This document shows, one piece after another, positions 57,760-64,000 of a stretch of 64,000 bases of DNA. Below the pieces are notes generated by a model, which saw nothing but the letters and a program-made list of their open reading frames with translations, made no database searches and was not told the DNA's origin. The stretch is from assembly GCA_965223265.1 (NCBI GenBank), contig OZ244999.1:352001-416000 (forward strand). The letters are read 5' to 3'. Source of the DNA: Planctomycetota bacterium (GTDB taxonomy: Bacteria > Planctomycetota > UBA8108 > SXIK01). Made by a program: the position numbers and the translations under genes. The first letter of the stretch is position 1, and each line of letters starts with the position of its first letter.

Positions 57760-59205
57760 ATGAAATCTCGTAACCGTCGACGTGACTTCCTCAAGTGGAG
57801 CGCTGCTTCTCTTGCTGCCGCGGGTGGATTGGGGATGCCTGCGTTCCTGCGCAGACTGTCGGCAGCACCAAGCCTCAACGGCAAGAAGGTGCTCTGCATC
57901 TTTTGTCGCGGCGGCATGGACGGCGTGCAGGCCGTGATCCCGTATGGCGACCAGGGCATTCCGGGGGCCGCTTTGACGTACGAAGAGGCGCGACCAGACC
58001 TGCGCCCTGATCGTACCGCGACCCATGATTTGAACGGGTTCTGTAGTCTTTTCCCCACGATGCAAGGACCCGGTGCGGCGGACCCCAAACTCGCGGATAT
58101 CTTCCGCGGCACCTTCGACGAGCGCGGGCCGCAGCTCGCCGTGCTGCACCGTATCGGCTACGAGGATCAAAATAGGTCACACTTTTCGAGTCAGCAATTT
58201 TACGAGAACGCATCGCCTGGAAACCTTCAGCTGGAGGAGGGGTTCTTCAATCGCTATCTGACCCGTTATCCAGACGCAGACGCGCCAATCCAAGCTGCGA
58301 CGCTGAACACCAGCCAAATGGTTCTGCTCAAAGGGCAGACTCTCGTCCCTGTTCTGCGCTCGATCGATGACTTCGCTCTGCCGGGAAACGTCGGCCTGGG
58401 CACGGCGCCGACGCCGGAAGACCCACTCGGAGTCGGTCTCAAGGGCGCGTACGGCCAAGCTGGGTTCGATCCCGCGATCTCTTACGAATCCCTGACCTAC
58501 TCCACCGGCAGCACGTTACTCGAGAACCTGCAGTTCTTCGAAGAAAACGTGCGGCAAGCGCCCTACGAGCCTGAGCCAGGCGCGCAGGAGCTCTACGACT
58601 CGATCGCCGACAGGAATTTTCGCAGTTTCATTCGCGACTGTGCACAGCTGCTCAAACAGGTCGACGGAGTGCGTGTCGTCGGGTGCAATCAAAACGGGTA
58701 TGACACGCACGGCAACGAAAACGTCGCATTCCCGGCTTTGGTTGGCGATCTGGCGAAGGCGCTGACGGCTCTCTATATCGACCTGAAACCGATTTGGGAA
58801 GACATCCTCGTAATGACTCTAACGGAGTTTGGCCGCACGTCGCTGCAAAACGCGAATCGTGGGACCGACCATGCGGAAGCCTGCTGCAGCTTCGCTATGG
58901 GAGGAGGCGTGGTAGGAAACGTGTACAACTGTGATTCTAGCACGTGGGCCAATGGCGACCTCTTCTCGACTTCGAACGGCCGCTACGTCGCCCATCGGAC
59001 GGACTTTCGCGCGATCTACCACGAGGTCTTGACTCGCCATCTGAGCGATCCCGACGGCGCCATCGATGAGATCATTCCGGGGTACTCGGGTCTCGTCAGT
59101 GCAGACACAAGCGGCTACTTCACGCCGCTAAATTTTCTGAGCAACAGCGCCCCGCCGCCGGTTGACCGGCCGATCGAGGGTGAGCTCAGGCCGCGGCAGC
59201 TCTGA
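57760..59205 (+). CDS. DUF1501 family protein (Tat-exported)
   Basis: RRDFLK, RGGMDG..VIPY, NRSHF, GYDTH, TEFGRT..N..GTDH and DFRAIY. Confidence 0.85.
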   Translation: MKSRNRRRDFLKWSAASLAAAGGLGMPAFLRRLSAAPSLNGKKVLCIFCRGGMDGVQAVIPYGDQGIPGAALTYEEARPDLRPDRTATHDLNGFCSLFPTMQGPGAADPKLADIFRGTFDERGPQLAVLHRIGYEDQNRSHFSSQQFYENASPGNLQLEEGFFNRYLTRYPDADAPIQAATLNTSQMVLLKGQTLVPVLRSIDDFALPGNVGLGTAPTPEDPLGVGLKGAYGQAGFDPAISYESLTYSTGSTLLENLQFFEENVRQAPYEPEPGAQELYDSIADRNFRSFIRDCAQLLKQVDGVRVVGCNQNGYDTHGNENVAFPALVGDLAKALTALYIDLKPIWEDILVMTLTEFGRTSLQNANRGTDHAEACCSFAMGGGVVGNVYNCDSSTWANGDLFSTSNGRYVAHRTDFRAIYHEVLTRHLSDPDGAIDEIIPGYSGLVSADTSGYFTPLNFLSNSAPPPVDRPIEGELRPRQL

Positions 59206-59404
59206 CCGTCGCGAGCGGCAGGATCATCTACTGTTGCGCGAATTGGATCAATGCTCGCGCTGAGGGCGCCGGCTCGCTACAGTTAGGGACCTTTCAGCGC
59301 CGAAGACGATGTCCGGCTCGGCGTTGATTTAACCTGCTGTTCCGATAAGCCGCTACGTTGGTGTAGTGCTTATCGTCCAGGCATAACTGTGTGAGCGCGA
59401 GTAG

Positions 59405-60751
59405 ATGCGAATTGTCATCGCTGGTGACGACGAAATCGCGTTTCGGCTGGCTGAGCAGCTCATGGACGACCACGCGATTTCTCTGGTGACCTCTGAGGAT
59501 GCCGGTCCGCGCGTGGAGCGTCTCGACGTCGACGTGTTGGTCGGCGCGATTACGGCGATCGATACGCACCGACGCGTCGAAGTCGATCGCTCCGATCTCT
59601 TCATCGCGTGTTCTGAGCACGACGAACACAACATTGTCGCTTGCGCGATCGCGAAACGCCTTGGCGCGAAGCAGGCCATTTGTTTCGTCGTACGGTCCGA
59701 TATCTACAGCGCCTCCGTTGGTTCCGAGTCACTTTCGGAATCGTTGGGAATCGACAGCGTCATTCGTCCCGCAGAGCAGTTGGCGCGGGAAATTCTTCGC
59801 ATCGTCGCAGTGCCGGGAGCGCTTGATGTCGAGGCTTTCGTCGGTGGCAAGGTGCGGCTCTTTCGCCATGTCGTCGAGGAGGGCGCTCCCATCACGAACA
59901 GTCTCCTGATGCATGTGGGGATTCCGTCCGAAGTCGTTCTCGTGATGGCCCGTCGCGGTGACGACATCTTCATCCCGAAGGGGAACACACAGTTTCGCCC
60001 TGGCGACAAAGTCACCGCTATGGGTGAGCCAGCTGCCATGAACCTCCTCCTCTTCAAGTACTTGAAGGCGGAGTCGGCAGCTAAGGAAGTCCATCGTGCG
60101 ACTGTCGTCGGTGGCGGCGAAGTCGGGCTCGGTGTCGCTCTGGGTTTGGAAGATGCCGGCTGGCAGGTCAAGGTGATCGAGAGCGACCGCCGTCGCTGCG
60201 AAGAGATCTCTCGAGTGTTGAATTCCCTGGTTCTTTTTGGCGACGGGAGCGATCTTCATCTGCTTGAGGAGGAAGATATCGGCGATAGTTCCGTATTGAT
60301 CTCGGTGACTTCGAACGACGAGAAGAATCTTCTCGTGTCGCTCCTGGCGAAGCAGCTTGGGGTGAGACGCATCGTCACGCGAGCGAGTCGTCAGTCGTAC
60401 GAGAGATTGTTCGAGCGAGTCGGTATTGATGTCATCCGTTCAGCGAGTGGAGCAGCGGTTCGAACGATCGTAAAGAGCATCGTCGAGAGTCACGCGGAGC
60501 TTCTCGCGGAGCTCGAACATGGCGACGCTATGGTGCTGGAAGTGGAGCTGCCGGAGACGTTCGAAGAACGTCCGATCTCAGATCTTTCGGTTCCCGAGTT
60601 CGTGATCATTGGCGCAATCTTGCGAGAAGAGGACGTCATAATTCCCAAAGGAAGCGATGTCATTCAGGCTAGTGACCGCCTTCTGGTGTTCTGCACGCGG
60701 GAATTTGAAGACGAAGCTAGAAACTTCTTCGTGCAACACGGGAGTCGCTGA
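59405..60751 (+). CDS. trkA: Trk potassium uptake system NAD-binding subunit
   Basis: Two RCK_N/RCK_C pairs (MRIVIAG; VVGGGEVG..GDGSD..DEKNLL; IPKG), adjacent to trkH. Confidence 0.9.
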   Translation: MRIVIAGDDEIAFRLAEQLMDDHAISLVTSEDAGPRVERLDVDVLVGAITAIDTHRRVEVDRSDLFIACSEHDEHNIVACAIAKRLGAKQAICFVVRSDIYSASVGSESLSESLGIDSVIRPAEQLAREILRIVAVPGALDVEAFVGGKVRLFRHVVEEGAPITNSLLMHVGIPSEVVLVMARRGDDIFIPKGNTQFRPGDKVTAMGEPAAMNLLLFKYLKAESAAKEVHRATVVGGGEVGLGVALGLEDAGWQVKVIESDRRRCEEISRVLNSLVLFGDGSDLHLLEEEDIGDSSVLISVTSNDEKNLLVSLLAKQLGVRRIVTRASRQSYERLFERVGIDVIRSASGAAVRTIVKSIVESHAELLAELEHGDAMVLEVELPETFEERPISDLSVPEFVIIGAILREEDVIIPKGSDVIQASDRLLVFCTREFEDEARNFFVQHGSR

Positions 60752-60753
60752 CG

Positions 60754-62235
60754 GTGCGCGTTTTCCTCGTCCTCGGTGTCATCGGGCATCTCCTGCGATT
60801 CTTCAGTTTTGCCTTTGTCGCACCGATCCTGCTGGCTCTGTTTGACGGGGATCACAAAGCGGTGTGGCATTTCGGCGTCGGCATGCTTCTCGCGATCGGC
60901 GGAAGCATGGCGCTGCGGCTGGGCTATCGCGACGTCCGGATTTTTCGCCGCAGCGAGGCGATGGGTGTAGTCGCCGGAACATGGCTGGTGGTGGCCCATT
61001 TCGCTGCCGTTCCATACTTTCTGGTCGGCATTTCCCCGGTCGATGCACTCTTTGAATCGATGTCTGGTTTTACGACCACCGGGGCGACGATTTTGGCTCA
61101 CTTCGAGTACACGCGCGCTTTCTTTCTCTGGCGCGCTATGACCCAATGGTTCGGTGGTTTGGGCGTGATTGCGTTGTTCGTTGTCGTTCTTCCGCGCCTC
61201 GGCATCGCGGGACGTCAGCTTTTTTTCGCCGAAGCATCGGATGCAGCTGGAGAGAACATCAGTCCACAGATCCGGGAATCGGCGCAGCGCCTTTGGATCC
61301 TGTATTCAACACTCACGCTCATCCAGCTGCTTCTTCTGATGGCGACAGGCCTGCCGCCGTACGAGTCACTCGTGCACAGCTTAACAACGATGAGTGCTGG
61401 TGGGTTCTCGCCGAACGGTGAGTCGTTCGGTGGTTATGCGAATCATGCCGCCGAGTGGGTGACCGTGATCTTCATGTTGCTTGCCGGAACGAGTTTTACC
61501 TTGCTGTGGAAGTTTTTCACTTCCAAACCGCTCGCGGCGGTGCGTGACGGCGAATTCCTTCTCTATCTCGGCGTCGCCGCGTTTGGGTCGTTGGCGATAG
61601 CGTTCGTACTTGCCTACGAGCAGAACGGTTTCCTTCCTGGATTTGACGAGTTGCGTCTCGCGACGTTCCAAGTTGCGAGCCTGATCTCGAGTACGGGGTT
61701 CGCTAGTACTGACTACAATGAGTGGAGCGACGTTGCCAAGGCTTTGCTCATCGGAATCATGGTCGTAGGAGGCTGCGCCGGGTCTGCCGCAGGTGGCCCG
61801 AAGGTGATCCGCTTGCTGCTCGTACTTAAACTTCTCAAGACCGAAATCACGAAGGTGTTACATCCTCGCGCCGTGCTTCCGATCCGGCACGGAACGCGCG
61901 TCATCCCTCCTGCCATTCTCCGCGCGGTGTTTTCTCTCTGGGTGATGTTCTTCGTTGGATATCTTGCGGTCGGACTTGTCCTCGTGCTCTTGGGTGGCGA
62001 ATTTGTCCCCAGCTTCACGGCGGCTCTGGCGTGTCTCGGGAACATCGGGCCGGGGTTTGGTGAGGTCGGCCCGATGGGGAATTTCTCAGGACTGCCGATT
62101 CTCGCGAAGCTCATTTTGACGTTTGCGATGTGGATCGGGAGACTGGAAATCGTCACGGTCTTGGCTCTTCTTCATCCACACGTGTGGAGAAATCTTCAAC
62201 TGAAAGAGCATGCGAGACCTCGCGTCTCGACATAG
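60754..62235 (+). CDS. trkH: Trk potassium uptake permease
   Basis: FESMSGFTTTGAT, QWFGGLG, SAGGFS, SSTGF, GGCAGSAAGG, LGNIGPG and MWIGRLE. Confidence 0.92.
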   Translation: MRVFLVLGVIGHLLRFFSFAFVAPILLALFDGDHKAVWHFGVGMLLAIGGSMALRLGYRDVRIFRRSEAMGVVAGTWLVVAHFAAVPYFLVGISPVDALFESMSGFTTTGATILAHFEYTRAFFLWRAMTQWFGGLGVIALFVVVLPRLGIAGRQLFFAEASDAAGENISPQIRESAQRLWILYSTLTLIQLLLLMATGLPPYESLVHSLTTMSAGGFSPNGESFGGYANHAAEWVTVIFMLLAGTSFTLLWKFFTSKPLAAVRDGEFLLYLGVAAFGSLAIAFVLAYEQNGFLPGFDELRLATFQVASLISSTGFASTDYNEWSDVAKALLIGIMVVGGCAGSAAGGPKVIRLLLVLKLLKTEITKVLHPRAVLPIRHGTRVIPPAILRAVFSLWVMFFVGYLAVGLVLVLLGGEFVPSFTAALACLGNIGPGFGEVGPMGNFSGLPILAKLILTFAMWIGRLEIVTVLALLHPHVWRNLQLKEHARPRVST

Positions 62236-62316
62236 GGGAGCGAGTGTGTTTTCTGCCATCAGTCCCGCAGTGTTCGGGTAGACTTGTGGAAGTCCATCGC
62301 CGCGAACGGGGCTTAC

Positions 62317-62496
62317 CAGCCCGCCTGAAAAAGTTATTCGGCCGAAGAAACTGGCCTCTTCACGCCCAGACGGGTCACGTCAATAGTCGCCATCAGAATC
62401 GAAAAAAGAGGGCCCGAAGATTGCCTGCGTCTGCCGCGGCCGATCTGGACGCGAAGAGACCAGTTTTCGTCTCAAAGCACTTTTACAGGCAGGCTG
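62317..62496. mobile_element. MITE-like element, second full-length copy
   Basis: CAGCCCGCCTGAAAAAG ... CTTTTACAGGCAGGCTG. The interior is homologous to 39836-40014. Confidence 0.7.
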
Positions 62497-62660
62497 TTAG
62501 ATCAGATTTTGTCCCGTGCGTTCGTTCCCCAGCCGGCCCTCGATCGAGCGATCTTCGTGCAAATGTTCCTTGATGGCGGTAAAGTCGGCGGTCGCCTACC
62601 AAAGAAGCGTGACGCGTTCCGACTCGGAATGCCAGGAGATAGAGGAGCTGCCTTACTCGA

Positions 62661-64000
62661 ATGACTTCCGAACTGCCTGAGGGCGAATCCCTGCAGAATT
62701 CGGATCACGATTCGAACGGAAACTCGTCCGCGCCGAACGAAGAGCCATCGTCTCGTCGGGGCTTCGAGTTCGGTGCGGCATCGAGCATGGCATCCGACCG
62801 ATCCAACGCCGCTCCCGATCGTAGGAGACGCCGTCCGATCGCCACGTTGCTCTTGATCGCAGCGAATGTCGCGGTTCACGTTGGCGTCATAGGGAACCAC
62901 GGGCTTGAACAACATCAGCTCAGCGTCTGGGAGGGTGAGTACTACAGAATCTTCACGGCGACGTTCGTGCACGCGCATTGGGGACACCTGTTCGTCAACT
63001 GCTTCGGTCTCTATATCATCGGCAGCGTCGTCGAGCGGGTCTATGGCGCAAGACGATTCCTGCTGATCTACTTCGTCTCTGGTCTGGTAGGTGGACTCGC
63101 TTTCCAGGGTTTCTCCAAAGGGGTGATCGGTATTGGGGCATCCGGGGCGGTCTACGGGGTTTTCGGCGCGTTTTTGCCTCTGCGTTACGGGAAGCTCGAC
63201 GGCGACCGCGTCCGCCTGCGAATCGCTTTTTTCGTCGCGCTCATCTTGATACCGTGTGCCGATTGGCTCTTCGCACGCTGGATCGAGAGCGCCTGGCACC
63301 TGAAGGTGGCGCTTTCAGCTCACGCGGGAGGGTTCTTTTGCGGGGTCCTTCTCGGGTACGGGTTTTTGGTCCGCCGCGATGCAGCGCTGCGGACTCGATC
63401 GACACGAGTGTTGATCGCAACTTCCGTCGTGATCGTCGGTCTCGGCATCTACTCGTGCTTCTGGCCCGCTTGGAACCCGCTCTGGGCTAAGTGGCGCGCC
63501 ACCAAATCCGAGACCTTTGATGCGACGACGTTCGCTGGAGCCGTGCAAGGCGAAGACGGATCGCTTGAGCTCCTCATGTACGCGCTCCGTTTGCAGATTG
63601 CCGTCGCCATCAATGCTGACGACATGAACGCTGCCGGAGGAGCCGAGGAGTCTGCACCGAGCGTCGAGGAGATCGATGCTCGTTTTGAGCAGGTCGTGCG
63701 CACATGGGGAGAGTCGGGGCAGTACTATGGAGCAGATCACTACCGCGAGTTCGGCTATCTCTTGTACGACGAACTCATGGCTCGAGGGCGTGACGAGCTT
63801 GCAGCGACCTTGTTGGCTGACCTGATTGTCGCGGCGCGGACAAATCTTCGTGCTTCCCAGAGGGAATCTGCGGGCGACAGGACTCGGCTTCAGTACGCGC
63901 ATCACCTCAACGAGCTGGCGTGGTGCTTGGCTCTCAAACATGAGTCGCTTCAGGAGGCGCTGCAGCTGGCGACGACGGCGGTCGCGGCTGTGACGGCTGA
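62661..64000 (+). CDS. rhomboid intramembrane serine protease with C-terminal TPR-like region (3'-truncated; not in the ORF track)
   Basis: Manual translation from ATG 62661 gives YYRIFTATFVHAHWGHLFVN, GIGASGAVYG, SAHAGG and, near the edge, LNELAWCLA. Confidence 0.85.
   Translation, partial: MTSELPEGESLQNSDHDSNGNSSAPNEEPSSRRGFEFGAASSMASDRSNAAPDRRRRRPIATLLLIAANVAVHVGVIGNHGLEQHQLSVWEGEYYRIFTATFVHAHWGHLFVNCFGLYIIGSVVERVYGARRFLLIYFVSGLVGGLAFQGFSKGVIGIGASGAVYGVFGAFLPLRYGKLDGDRVRLRIAFFVALILIPCADWLFARWIESAWHLKVALSAHAGGFFCGVLLGYGFLVRRDAALRTRSTRVLIATSVVIVGLGIYSCFWPAWNPLWAKWRATKSETFDATTFAGAVQGEDGSLELLMYALRLQIAVAINADDMNAAGGAEESAPSVEEIDARFEQVVRTWGESGQYYGADHYREFGYLLYDELMARGRDELAATLLADLIVAARTNLRASQRESAGDRTRLQYAHHLNELAWCLALKHESLQEALQLATTAVAAVTA

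Noticed and set aside
62502-63941. ORF-track calls 62502-63299(-), 62978-63490(+) and 63315-63941(-)
   Set aside because: They are shadows of the rhomboid gene, which starts at 62661 and lacks a stop inside the window.

Overview
A GC-rich bacterial window whose gene content is typical of Planctomycetota (inference from DUF1800/DUF1501, Tat-exported Gfo/Idh/MocA enzymes, HEAT-repeat, PQQ-propeller and dockerin-like proteins). It holds about 35 CDS, mostly secreted, carbohydrate or redox proteins, plus oppBCDF, trkAH, a sensor kinase and a rhomboid protease. The most unusual content is non-coding. (1) Two small Avd/23S-IVP-like four-helix-bundle genes (33661-33985, frameshifted; 52589-52912, intact) are each bracketed by bipartite hexamer arrays, (GAGRCR)n followed by (ACGCMM)n. 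The arrays can fold into periodic wobble hairpins on the minus strand. (2) An IS110-family, IS1111-type element (50104-52167) is inserted exactly into one of these arrays at an AG core. Its downstream non-coding region predicts a bridge/seek-RNA with guide segments matching the hexamer repeat and the element's own end junction. Its right-terminal 198 bp is triplicated, with breakpoints at the AG core. A GTAG-type REP family and a 90-180 bp TIR-bounded MITE-like family are also present. I recognised no rRNA, tRNA or CRISPR array. All calls are from motif reading by eye; no searches or folding programs were run.
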